A DNA stretch of 64,000 nucleotides from Lama guanicoe. Its lineage: Eukaryota. Position numbers and translations under genes: made by a program. The DNA is taken from NCBI GenBank assembly GCA_013239625.1, contig MU054187.1:3111757-3175756 (forward strand), given 5' to 3'. The notes beneath the pieces were generated by a model. That model was not told the origin of the DNA, did no database searches, and saw only the letters and a program-made list of their open reading frames with translations. This document shows, piece after piece, positions 25,241 to 37,159 of the stretch. The stretch's first letter is position 1; every line of letters starts with the position of its first letter.

Positions 25241-27699
25241 GGTGCCTCAGCTGCACAACGTGGATGCTAAGAACACCTGCCTCCCTGTGTCAGGGAAGGG
25301 AGGCAGCGCTCAGAACAGAACAGCCCTTCGCGGGTGGCCAGCGGTGTGTGCGCGTCAGCGGTGATGGCAGCGGTGAGTAAAGCCATCGCTCTCACCGAGT
25401 TAACAGAAGTTCGCTTTTATGTGTCTTGGAATCGTGTGCTGGTACATCTATAAGAACATCAGCTTCCCCCTCAACACCCGCAGTCTCCCTGCCTCCCTTC
25501 TCCTTCACCTACGAAGTGTCCATGTTTAAAAACAAAGAACACCCTGAGGGCAGACCTGGGCGCGGCTGCGCAGCAGTGGGAGGGGCAGCGGACTCCTGGG
25601 GACGGAGGACAAAGAACCCAGCAGAACCGCGCGCCGCTGCTGGTTGCCAAGTTACAAATAGGCGAGCCTTGTGGGCCTAGATAACCGACGCCCGCGCAGC
25701 ACCACCCAGGTGCAGGCCGGCGGGTGCAGGCTGAACAGGGGGAGAGGGCTGGTCTTCCCTTCCCCTTCCCTCTGTGCGGGAAATCCGGGGAAAGCTGGCC
25801 ACGCGGGGCTGCACCGGTCCACCGCTGCCTGGATTTCCAGTGGCCTATGCCCTCGTGTCTCATGGTCCACAGGAGTGAGGATGCCACACTAACCCTGATG
25901 AATGATGGTTTATACCACCTGACCCCAGCACAGGCCACACCAGGCTGGAGACCTTTCCAAATGCAGATCGAGGGAATCCCACGAGCCTGCTTGTCCGGAG
26001 GAGAGATGACCGAGTGGACGGCACAGAGCCCTGGCCTTGGGTGTCGTCACATCCCTTCTTGTCACTGCATGTTGCAGGACTAACCAATCGTGTCCTCACA
26101 CTGTCCATGACCAGCACTGATCGGCTGAAATCCAAGCGTGCCCTGGGTGGGCCGGTGACTCCCATCTGCCCCTCGTCCTCCCTCCCTCCCCCTCTCTGGC
26201 CCAGCCACTCCCACCACAGCTGCATCCAGCACCCTGAGCTCCAGGCCTTCCCCTCTGGATCCTGGCATCTGTCCTTCCCCGACTTCCCACCTGGACGGTT
26301 TCTCTTTATCACTAAAGCAGAAGTGAGGCCATTTTTTCACGGAGTAGAGTAAGGATTGTTCGGAAACCAAGCCACGCTTCAACCACCTGTCTGCCCTTCT
26401 CTCTCTCTCTCTCTCTCCAGTGCTGCTCAGTCAGTGTGCTCTCACCGCTTTTTTAATGATGATGGTCTTCAAAACCACACTTGTGGCCGCCTCTCACCTG
26501 ACTGTGGTTGAGAAGTGTGTGCTCAGGGGAGTGAACTCTCTCCTGTGTCCCTTCAGATGCATTTCTGCCTCGAGGTCTAGGTCAGGTGTCACTGTGACGT
26601 CTAGTCTTGAACTCTCAGAGGCAGAGGTGGTGTTTCTCCTTCTCGAGTCCACAGCACTTCACAGATAACGTTGAACCCATTTTGCTGAGTTCTTGGAGGA
26701 AAGCGAGACCGTATCTCAGTCGCTTTGGTGCCCTGGTTGGCAGCGGAGGAGCTAGCTTACAGGAAATGATCCACACGAGGAGGGAAGGGAATGAGCGTGT
26801 GTGACGTGTGTTACATCTTGTTAATTCATTTTATCCGGTGAAAACCTCAGCCCAGAAACTCGAATGTGAAAGAAATAATCACTCTCTTTTCTGTAACTCC
26901 CCAGATCTGTAGCACTGACCACCTCATGCTGCCGGCTGGTAGAAAGTTACCCTGTTACATATGCTGCGTCCCCGGCCCTGCCACCCCCAGTCCAAGCTCT
27001 CACGTAACACCAAAGCTCGGGGTGGGCCACGAGCGCCTCTGCCCTGGGGATTGTATGAAAGAAGAATCTGCTGAAATTCCCCCTCCGTGGTGGGAAGTGG
27101 CCTCCCAGGCCAGCAGACGCCACGGCTCCTGGCACACCCGGGACATCCAAGTCTTCTTGTGTCTTCTGGGCTGTCTGCCTCTTCCCTGTGGGTCCCACTT
27201 CCTGCCCCAAGGGCTGCAAGAAAACCAGACCCTAAAGCCATGATCTTGGCTACTTGAACTCTCCACCTTTTCCTTCTAGCCCTGGAGAAACATTTTTTTT
27301 ACCCTTGGCTGAGGATGGGGAGACAGTGGGGAGGGAGCCCGGGGGACATCCTCGAGAACTTCACTCTCCTGCTGCTTTTTCAAGACACTTGTTTTTCTAC
27401 CAAAGAATCCGTTTCTGTTATTTTTGCTTCCTTCCAAAATCTTCCAAGTTCTAAGGATTTAGGCTTTGAGAAAACAAAGGGTAGAAAAACTCCTGGTCAC
27501 ATATTTCCTCTGCAGCAAAGATACTGTGAACTAGTGTGATTTGGGGGACGGGACACAGATGAAAGCGAGAATTAACCAGTAGGAAAGGAGCCCCCAGATA
27601 CAGTAGCTTAAATGCGTGGGAATTGCTCTCTCCCTCTCTCCCTCCCATAAAGCAGCCCAGAACTAGGCAGGCCACCCATCCCGAAGGACAGCTGTGCAC

Positions 27700-27930
27700 C
27701 GGGAGGCCAACAGCACTTTTCTTAACATGCGGCTTCCATTTCTGGGTCCAAGGTTGCTGGTTCGGCCACCATCTTCCAGCCAGCAGGGAGCGGGAAGCAG
27801 AATTCAGGGCAAGCCTGGCTGAGGTGGCGACCTGGAGTTACACACACCACTTCCGCTCACTCCCTTTGCCCTGAACTGCATACCTATGGCCACGCTCAGC
27901 TCCAAGCCCAGGAAGACGCAGCCAGGAGCT
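27700..27930 (-). mobile_element. Old MLT1J/K-like MaLR LTR fragment
   Basis: cacaccacttccgctcactccctttgccctgaactgcatacctatggccacgctcagctccaag resembles old MLT1 sequence. Confidence 0.5.
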
Positions 27931-27948
27931 GAAACCCCAGTGGAAGAG

Positions 27949-28197
27949 GCGGTTCTGTTGTTAAAAAAAAAAAGGAGAAAAGCAGTCCCAGTGCCCAGTC
28001 AGCAGCTGCCAGTAAGTCAGAAAAATAAAACGACATAAATTAAAATCTCAAATGTGGTCCAAGCATGTTGGCAGCGGTTCTGTTGTTAAAAAAAAAAGGA
28101 GAGAAGTAGTCCCAGTGCCCAGTCAGCAGCTGCCAGTAAGTCAGAAAAATAAAACGACATAAATTAAAATCTCAAATGTGGTCCAAGCATGTTGGCA
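27949..28197. repeat. Direct tandem duplication (125 bp + 124 bp)
   Basis: Copies at 27949-28073 and 28074-28197 differ by an A11 vs A10 run and two substitutions (GAAAAGCAG vs GAGAAGTAG). Confidence 0.95.
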
Positions 28198-29369
28198 ACC
28201 AGGCTATGCTGGTTCCATTTGAAGGATGAGTAAATAAGGTTCAGAGGACATGCTCGTTTACCTGGGTTCATGTAGGCAGCAAATAAGTAAATGGTGGCGT
28301 TGAGACTCAATCCTAAATGTGTCCGACTTCAGAGTCTGTACGTTTCCCCAGCGCTCGGGTTGTTACGATGCTTTTAAGTGAGCACACTTTAAGGTTAACT
28401 TTCAGTTTCCGTGATTAACCAGCAGGTTTTCTTTTTTTCATATTAATCCATATGAAAAATAATTTGGGCTCAGTTCTAACGTTCTATGTCCTTTACAATT
28501 ACGTAGCATGTTGTTACAGAGGCATCTGAAATACGTATTTATAGGATCTTGGGATGTTGGACCCGGAGAAGCACCGTTAGCTTCACTGCCCCGTGTTTGG
28601 TAGAGATGTCATGGATTCTCATCACTCTGTACATGAAGTATCTTGTTGTCTGGTCACGGGTGATAGCTCAAATCGTGTTCAGATAGAAGCGGATGGCAGC
28701 GGATCAATAGCAATAAACACTGTGCTCTGCCATATGATACTTTTTTACACGCAAAAGGCGTACGGCCTGCAGCCCAGAGCAATTCAGAAACGCCTCCTGC
28801 TCGCTGAAAACCAAGCAGCGCCTTTCCGCTGCCGTCCAGCCCCTGAGACCCGGCGCGTCTCCTGCACTCGGTCGGCTTCCTGCGCGGCCCTTGGCTTCTG
28901 TGCCTCCCCGCCCTCCCCCTGATCTCCTGGTCTCCACGGCGCTCCTCTTTCTCCCTTTAATTCCTCTCTTGTTGGGTGTTTGCTCTGCTAGAAACCCACC
29001 CATGCTCACATTTCTTCAATAATTTGGAAATTACCAAATTTATATATCGAGCTCTGCCCCTTCTGGAAGAGGGCAATGATTTCCCACTATCGCGCCCCCA
29101 GCCTGGGTGGAACCCAGGTCCCATTCCATTCTTCTGCTTTCCGAGGTGGCCTCCTTCACGCGGCTTGCTTGGTCCCTGACACTTCAAAGCAGCTCCCAAG
29201 AGCAGTGACGCCTGCAAACCATCTCTTCAAAGTGCTTCTTGTTCATACTTGCCCTAATGCTGTTTCCCAGATCTCAGCCTCCTCTGACACCACCCAGCTA
29301 ATTCAAGGGCCCTGCCCTGTGAGCCCGCAGCCCTTGCTTGCCTTCTGTCGCTGCATGTGGGACATCTCA

Positions 29370-29500
29370 CTGAGTGTGTATGTTTCTGTCTCCCCTCTAA
29401 ACTGTCAGATCCTTAAGACGGGACCGTGCCCCTGTTCCTAGCACCTGGTGCCGTGCATGAGACCTGGTCTTGGTGCGCGAACTTTGAGCTGAATTAAACA
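29370..29500 (+). mobile_element. L2 3' end
   Basis: tctgtctcccctctaaactgtcagatccttaagacgggaccgtg...tcctagcacctggtgccgtgc. Confidence 0.6.
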
Positions 29501-29599
29501 GATCCTTCTCTTCCAGTGACTTCTCATGAGTCAGCCAGTAGGACCACATTTATTATATACCCTCAGTAGTAAGTATCATAAAAAAAAATACATAAAAAT

Positions 29600-30640
29600 A
29601 CAGCTCGGAATGTACAAAGAACTCTTAAACCTCAAAACATAAGAAGGCAAATAGCCCAACTTAAAAAAGGGCTAAAGACCTTAACAGACACCTCATTAAA
29701 GAAGAAATACAGATGGCAAATAAGCATATGAAAAGATGCTTCACAGCGTGTCACTTGGGAAATGCAAATTAAAACAGCAGTGAGATACCATTACGCACCT
29801 GTTAGAATGGCCGCATCCAGAACACTGACAACATCCAGTGCTGATGGGGGACCCTCATTCATTGCTGGTGAGAGTGCGAAATGGTACAGCCACTTTAGAA
29901 GACAGTTTGGTGGTTATTTTACAAAACCAAACATCCTCACCATATGACACAGCGATGGCACGCCTTGGTATTTATCCCAAAGCATTGGAAACATATGTCC
30001 ACACAAAAACTTGCACGGGGCTATTTATTGCAACTTTATTCATGATTTTCAAAACTTGGAAGCAATCAAGATGTCCTTCAGTAGGTGAATGGATAAATAA
30101 ATCCATCCAGACAATGGAATGTTATCCAGCACTAAAAAGGAATGAGCTTTCAAGCCATGAAGAGACATGGAGAAAACTTAATTGCACATCGCTAAGTGAT
30201 AGACGCTAGTCTGAAAAGGCTGTGTCCTGTGTAATTTCAACGATATGACATTCCAGAAAAGGCAAACCTATGGAGACAATAAGAAGACCAGTGGTTGCCA
30301 GGGGTTGGAGTGAAGGGAGGCATGGACACGCAGAGCACAGAGGATTTTTAGGGCAGTGAAAGTACTCTGTAGGATCTCCTAATGATGGGTACATGCCATT
30401 ATGCATTCGTCTCAACTCCTACAACGTACAGCACCAAGAGTGAAGCCCAAGTGAACTACGGCCCTTGGGTAATTACAATGTGTCAATGCAGATTTACCAC
30501 TTGTAACACATGCACTCCGGTGGGTGATGACCACCGGGGAGGCTCTGCGCATGTGGGGCCGAGGGGGGACATGCAAAATCTCTGCACCTTCCTCTCAATT
30601 TTGCTGTGAGCCTAAAACTGCTCTAAAACCCCCAAAATCT
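29600..30640 (+). mobile_element. L1 3' portion (L1MC/L1MD-like)
   Basis: cagatggcaaataagcatatgaaaagatgc, gggaaatgcaaattaaaac, gatgtccttcagtaggtgaatggataaa, terminal ctcaattttgctgtgagcctaaaactgctctaaaa; ORFs 29762-29947 and 29838-30209 resemble decayed ORF2 C-terminus. Confidence 0.9.
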
Positions 30641-31259
30641 TAACAAGATGAGATGTAAAATGAAAGATACTGGACAGAAAGGCTAGCATTCACATACTAA
30701 GCAATCTCCGTGTTCTTAGAGACATGAAAAAATATTTAAAGACTGGAGCGAAGGGCTTTATTACTTCTGGTGGTAAATCTGGGGCAGCCTGACCAACAGC
30801 AGAGAAGGATGGCGGGGCAGAGAGATAAGAAAGGCTGAAGAAGTTTGGGAGGCTGTTTGATCTGGGGGCTTGAAGGCTGCAAAGGGTAGGCCTGAGGTGA
30901 GGAAAAATTAAAAATAGGGGTTGAAGAGAAAGAGAGAACATGATTAAATGGAATGGAATATCAAGACGTCAGTTGGCCAAGAATTATTTGAGCCTCATCA
31001 GACTGAAAAGGGTGTGAGGAGAGAAAATTAAGCCGTGGGCTCCCGCATGGGGAGCTGAGCCCGGGAGGCCAAGCAGTAGCTCCAGGACACACAGGCAAGG
31101 GGATAACTTCAAGTCTCTGGCAGCCAATTGCTTTTAAAAATAATCGTTTTCCAAATAAATTGTCATTTCGCTAGACAACACGTTAATTTTGAGTTTATGA
31201 CCACAACGTTTCCCAAGACTCACATGGCTCCAAAATGAAACAAGGACTGAATTACACAC

Positions 31260-32722
31260 GGCGAGGACATACACACAGCAAGGACACACGGCGAGGATAC
31301 ACGGCAAGGACACACACACGGTGAGGATGGACACACGACGAGGATGGACACACGGCGAGGACACACACACAGTGAGGACGGACACACGGCGAGGACACAC
31401 ACACGGCGAGGATGGACACACGGCGAGGATGGACACACGGCGAGGATGGACACACGGCGAGGATGGACACACGGCGAGGATGGACACACGGCGAGGATGG
31501 ACACACGGCGAGGATGGACACACGGCGAGGATGGACACACGGCGAGGATGGACACACGGCGAGGATGGACACACGGCGAGGATGGACACACGGCGAGGAT
31601 GGACACACGGCGAGGATGGACACACGGCGAGGATGGACACACGGCGAGGATGGACACACGGCGAGGATGGACACACGGCGAGGATGGACACACGGCGAGG
31701 ATGGACACACGGCGAGGATGGACACACGGCGAGGATGGACACACGGCGAGGATGGACACACGGCGAGGATGGACACACGGCGAGGATGGACACACGGCGA
31801 GGATGGACACACGGCGAGGATGGACACACGGCGAGGATGGACACACGGCGAGGATGGACACACGGCGAGGATGGACACACGGCGAGGATGGACACACGGC
31901 GAGGATGGACACACGGCGAGGATGGACACACGGCGAGGATGGACACACGGCGAGGATGGACACACGGCGAGGATGGACACACGGCGAGGATGGACACACG
32001 GCGAGGATGGACACACGGCGAGGATGGACACACGGCGAGGATGGACACACGGCGAGGATGGACACACGGCGAGGATGGACACACGGCGAGGATGGACACA
32101 CGGCGAGGATGGACACACGGCGAGGATGGACACACGGCGAGGATGGACACACGGCGAGGATGGACACACGGCGAGGATGGACACACGGCGAGGATGGACA
32201 CACGGCGAGGATGGACACACGGCGAGGATGGACACACGGCGAGGATGGACACACGGCGAGGATGGACACACGGCGAGGATGGACACACGGCGAGGATGGA
32301 CACACGGCGAGGATGGACACACGGCGAGGATGGACACACGGCGAGGATGGACACACGGCGAGGATGGACACACGGCGAGGATGGACACACGGCGAGGATG
32401 GACACACGGCGAGGATGGACACACGGCGAGGATGGACACACGGCGAGGATGGACACACGGCGAGGATGGACACACGGCGAGGATGGACACACGGCGAGGA
32501 TGGACACACGGCGAGGATGGACACACGGCGAGGATGGACACACGGCGAGGATGGACACACGGCGAGGATGGACACACGGCGAGGATGGACACACGGCGAG
32601 GATGGACACACGGCGAGGATGGACACACGGCGAGGATGGACACACGGCGAGGATGGACACACGGCGAGGATGGACACACGGCGAGGATGGACACACGGCG
32701 AGGACACACACACGGCGAGGAC
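31260..32722 (+). repeat. 17-bp CpG-rich minisatellite/VNTR, unit GGCGAGGATGGACACAC
   Basis: 76 identical units at 31405-32696 (1292 bp = 76 x 17); nine diverged units at 31260-31404; one variant unit at 32697-32713 plus a partial unit. Confidence 0.97.
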
Positions 32723-33450
32723 AGCGGCTGCGCTCTGCGAGCGCCCCTTCCTTCCCGGCCGCGCTCAGGCGCGCAGGAGAAGCAGCGCCCTCCGGTGGCC
32801 CCGCAGGGCGCCGCCTGACCCTCTGCTGTGGCGGGTGAGTCCGCCTTCCAGCCAGACTGCGTCCTGGACGGCGGGCCCCAAGCACCCAGCCTGTCCTGAG
32901 GATAAAGGCTCCGCGCTTTCCGTGCCGACGTGAACTTAAAGAAACGGAGTTCATTCAAAAGCCGTGTGCGCGGCCTTGCTCTGACCTCAGCCCACGAGTG
33001 TCTGGTGGAGTCTGGCCTTCAGCTCTTCCTGTTTTTGCGGCTGGAACTTCAAACCCACTCAAGCGCTTACGCAGCCATTCGTTTCCGGCAAGGACCTACT
33101 GTCTGTTCCAACGTGCGTTTTCCGTCTCTGTTCCCTGCATGTGCCCTTGCGTGCCCCCGCCCGCCTGGGGTGCGTCGCAGCCCCTCCCCTTTCCCGGGGG
33201 CCTCCGAGTGGGTCCTGAGCCCCGCCCACGGTGGCCGTGTTCCCTGCCCGGCAGCGGCCCTGCTTGTCCCCGTGTGGCTTCTGCACTCGCTCTTCGCGGA
33301 GCTGCGCGCGCACTTCGGCTGTGAGTGCATAGCGCTCTTTCTTCGAAGCCCTTAAGAGCCAGGCTTTCTCGGTCTTCACCGCAGTCCCTCCGGCCCAGGG
33401 ACGCAGTTCCTTCTGGGGCTGGCCTGGGGTGCCCTGGGGGAGCCCGTGTC
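32720..33450. promoter_or_regulatory. CpG-rich region abutting the minisatellite
   Basis: Dense CpG/GC; + strand donor CGG|GTGAGT at 32834/32835. Confidence 0.6.
32783..32800 (-). promoter_or_regulatory. Near-consensus CTCF motif
   Basis: Minus strand GGCCACCGGAGGGCGCTG; core CCACCGGAGGGCGC matches CCASYAGRKGGCRS at 13/14. Confidence 0.6.
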
Positions 33451-34744
33451 CCTGCATGTGTGTTCCGTTTCCTAGGCAGGGACTTTCTGGCCTGCTCGGA
33501 GTTTGGCTTAGCGTCACACCCTCCTCTTTCCAGAGTCTGAACAACAGAATGTCTGAGTTCTGATTAGTCGCCCCAAGTACCCTTCATTATTTTCCACATT
33601 TGGCTGAAGGAACTTGATGCAACTACGTCGACTTCTGGCCCACTTGGATACCTCAGAGTTCCAGAGCTGGCTTTCAATCAAATGAGACAATGTTTATAAG
33701 TGCTTAACATCTGACATGTTGCAGATAATAAATGGTAGCTACTATAGTTAATACGTAATTACTGTGATTAGTACAGAGATTAAACTTGAAGCATGAGCCT
33801 AACTTCCTAGCTGTGTGTGACAGCAACAGTAGCGGTGGTGACAATAATAATAACAAATTACGGCTATAAATACATTTACAAACCTGAGAGTCCTGATCTT
33901 CTAGTTCTCACCTCTTCTAGAAGACATTACTATTAAAAAAAGAACTCTTTCATATCAAATGATTTATGAAGTGCCAGAAGAGAACTGCAACTTATATTCA
34001 TCCATTTATTCCCTTATTAAATATTTGTTCTTACTTCCTGTCAACTTAATTCCATGTGAAACCCTTTGCAGTCCCCCATATGGTGCCACGGCTTTGTTCT
34101 TGTCCTGGCTGGTGCCCCTTTCTTCTTCCTTGCACTGGGGAGGGGAAGTCAGCATCACCATCTCTGTGGTCTCTTCTCTTGCTGTGTGTAGGTTATGCGT
34201 ACGGAGGGCCTGGGGGGGGAGCCAGCCTGCAGTAGCCTTGTCCCGGCTTACCCCTGCCACGTCAGCATCCCTCGTCTTCCCAAGTCTCCGCGGCAACCAA
34301 GCTGGACCACAGGACATCGTGACTCACCTGTGAGACAGGAAATGAGATGAGACACTTAACAAGACAGTGCAAGAAGGAAGGTGTAGAGTCAAGATTCCTT
34401 GTCACTTAGTTCAAAAAGGAACAGGACTTTAGACTGAATAAAAATGTTTTAAAAATATTCATGATAATTAAGGGAATGCAAATAGAATAATAAGATGCCA
34501 TTACTACTTTCAAAATGGTAACGATTTAAAAAATAATAACTCAGGGTGCTGGTGGGGGGAGGAGGGTGCAGCCTCGCTGCAGCGAGGCTCGGGTCAGCCA
34601 CGCCCCCGGAGGATGGTGGGCGTGAACAGCAGGGGAAGCGCGCGTGCAATGTTAGTTCTTGAAATTTATTCTGGATGTTGTCAGAAACGTGTTCAGAGAT
34701 TTCTATTTAAAGGCATTCATTACTTGAGATAAATTACAGTGAGC

Positions 34745-35022
34745 GCCATACCTCGCGCAGCCAGAGCAAAGACCGCAGACTGGGCGGCTTGAGCAACAGA
34801 AATTTACTTCTCAACTCCGAGGCTTCTTCTCCTGGCTCGTGGGCAGCTGCCACCTTGCTGTGTGCCCACGTGGCCTCTTCTTTGTGCGTTCACAGAGAGG
34901 AAGAGCAGCTTCTCTGGTGTCTCTGCTTACAAGGGCACTAATCTCATCACGAGGGCACCACCCTCATGACCTCATCTAACCTAGGCACCTCTCAAAGACC
35001 CCCTCTGCAAATACCATCGCAT
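34745..35022 (-). mobile_element. MLT1A-like MaLR LTR (internally deleted)
   Basis: gactgggcggcttgagcaacagaaatttacttctc...cttacaagggcactaatctcatcacgagggcaccaccctcatgacctcatctaac. Confidence 0.75.
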
Positions 35023-35090
35023 TTAATTGTAAAATTAATATAAAAACACAGATCAAACACTCAAGATGCTAAATAAAATATATCAGACCC

Positions 35091-35531
35091 TGCATTAGTC
35101 CACCCTGGCTGCTGTAACAAAGTACCAGGAACTGGGGGCCTTAATTCTCATGGTTCTGGACCCTGGAAGTCTAGGATCAAGATGCCAGCGATTCAGCTAC
35201 TGGGGAGCATTTTCTTCCTGGCTTTCAGATGGCCACCTTCTTGCTGTGTCCTCACACATGGCCTTTCCTCTGTCGTGCACGTGTGCCTGTGTGCAGACAT
35301 GTGGTCGCACACGCACGTGCACACACACTCGTGCACACACACACTCAGTGAGAGCTCTGCTGCCTCTTACTATAAGCACATCTGTCCCTTCAGACCCTAT
35401 CGGAGGCTCCCCCCCACTTATGACTTCATTTAATCTTAATCGCTTCCTAGAGACCCCTCTCCAGTCTTGACCACACTGGGAATTAGGGCTTTAACATGTG
35501 AATTTTGGCCCCAAACATTCAGTCCAAAACA
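35091..35531 (-). mobile_element. MLT1A-like MaLR LTR
   Basis: TGCATTAGTC...ggctgctgtaacaaagtacc...ggaagtctaggatcaagatgccagc...aacatgtgaatttt...aaacattcagtccaaaaca. Confidence 0.8.
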
Positions 35532-35674
35532 TTTCACCCCAACCCCCCAAATTCATGGCTTTATACGTTAGCTCTTTCCAAGCTGTTTTGCGTCCGTGGT
35601 ACCCCCAGCCCGGTGGAACGTGTTTCACATCTCAGAGTGTCTTAGATGACCTCGAGGTCTCACTCTGCTTTTCT

Positions 35675-36030
35675 CTTAACTGAAGTTCAGTTGATTTACA
35701 CGGCTGTGCTAGTTTCTGGTGTGCAGCGTGGTGGTTCAGTTATAGATACACATATTCTTTTTCATATTCTTTTGCATTTTAGGTCACTACAAGATATTGA
35801 ACATAGCTCCCTGTGCTCTACTGTAGGACGTTGTTGTTTATCTATTTTATCTGTATATCCCATACTCCCAACTTATCCGTCTCCCACCCTCTCCCATTTG
35901 GTAACCACAGTTTATTTTCTATGTCCCCGAGTCTGTTTTTGGTTTTTAAATAGAATGTGTATCACTTTTTTTAAGATTCCACATGTAAGTGATATCATAT
36001 GATACTTGTCTGTGTCTGTGTGACTCTCTT
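35675..36030 (-). mobile_element. L1 3' end (cetartiodactyl-type)
   Basis: ttaactgaagttcagttgatttaca...tacaagatattgaacatagctccctgtgctcta...agattccacatgtaagtgatatcatatg. Confidence 0.85.
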
Positions 36031-37052
36031 GCCTTGTATCCTCTTGCTGCAGAAATGTCACTAAGCACTTGGGGACCTGGTGCCGGGACACCCATTGCAG
36101 CCCCATTGCATTTTCTGCCAGACTGACGATCTGGTTTCTTCTCCTGCAGTTCACAGAGCTGTTCTTTTCTCTTAAGAGCTCTATGGGGCTATTCTGGGCG
36201 ACCACAATGGAGCGGCTTCTTCCCGGTTACCCAGCCAAGGACCCAGGGGAGCCTCTGGAAGCCTCTCCTGGAGCAATGGTCATCCTTCCCGTGAAGGTTT
36301 CCAGTATCTTTAGTCTTCCCTTGCCACGGGCACACAATGTTAGATCTGCTTTCTAAAGAGCTGATTCATCCCCACAGAAGAGCATTCATCCTCGGTTTTA
36401 AAGTTTAATTTCTGCCATTTGACATTCCTACATACATGCGATTGCTTCCACTAGCATCATAGCTCAGAATTAGCAGACGTGTCAAATTGCATTACACACA
36501 GATTTTCCCTCCATGTCCCTAATTCAGTAATCAATATTTTATTGTTTATCAAAATAATACGTAACAGTAATAGTTCCTGTGTTTACAGAGACTTTCTACT
36601 TCTTCGAGTCCTCCGATAGTCTCTCTGCCTCATTTATCCTTTTTTGCATGCTGCATAGGGGCATCGCATGTACATAATTTAAATGCTTATACAAGTAAAT
36701 GTATGTATCAGCAGATTTTCAAACTTAATATTCCTCCACATAAGCTAAGCTTTCTATTTCTTTTTTTTCCTCTCCCTTTCCCAGACTCTGCCCTGTCCCT
36801 ATAAACTTGAAAAATGTATACAGCGTGACAGTGCCCAAGGTGGGCAGGCTGGAGTGTCAGAGTAGGTGGCCTAGAGCAGTGTGGTCTCATACCAGCTTGT
36901 AAGGCACTCCTTATGCATCCCTCTTCACTGTCGAGTCTCGATGGAGGCACAGAGAAGGGGAGACTGGATTTCCAGGGCGTGGTTAAGGCTTTGAGGCACA
37001 ACAGCAAAGCAGAGGCCTCTGTTAGTAATGTCAAGAAGCCACGTTGCCCCTT

Positions 37053-37159
37053 TGCTGGAGCGCGGGCACACAGTGCTGGAGCACGGGCACACAGTGCTGG
37101 AGCGCAGGCACACACTGCTGGTGCGCGGGCACACACTCCTGGAGCGCGGGCACACAGTG
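37053..37159 (+). repeat. 21-bp minisatellite, 5 copies, consensus TGCTGGAGCGCGGGCACACAG
   Basis: Units start at 37053, 37074, 37095, 37116 and 37137, each with 0-2 substitutions. Confidence 0.92.

Noticed and set aside
29762..30609. ORFs as host genes
   Set aside because: They are decayed L1 ORF2 C-terminus and 3' UTR.
31260..32722. CRISPR array
   Set aside because: Units are head-to-tail with no spacers, no cas genes are present, and the context is mammalian.
31134..32958. Six ORFs of 468-606 aa as annotated CDS
   Set aside because: They are an arithmetic consequence of a stop-free 17-bp unit; kept only as a conditional finding.
31260..33450. Imprinting control region
   Set aside because: The repeat + CpG + CTCF layout is suggestive, but I saw no ZFP57 TGCCGC motifs in this span, and parent-of-origin methylation cannot be read from sequence.
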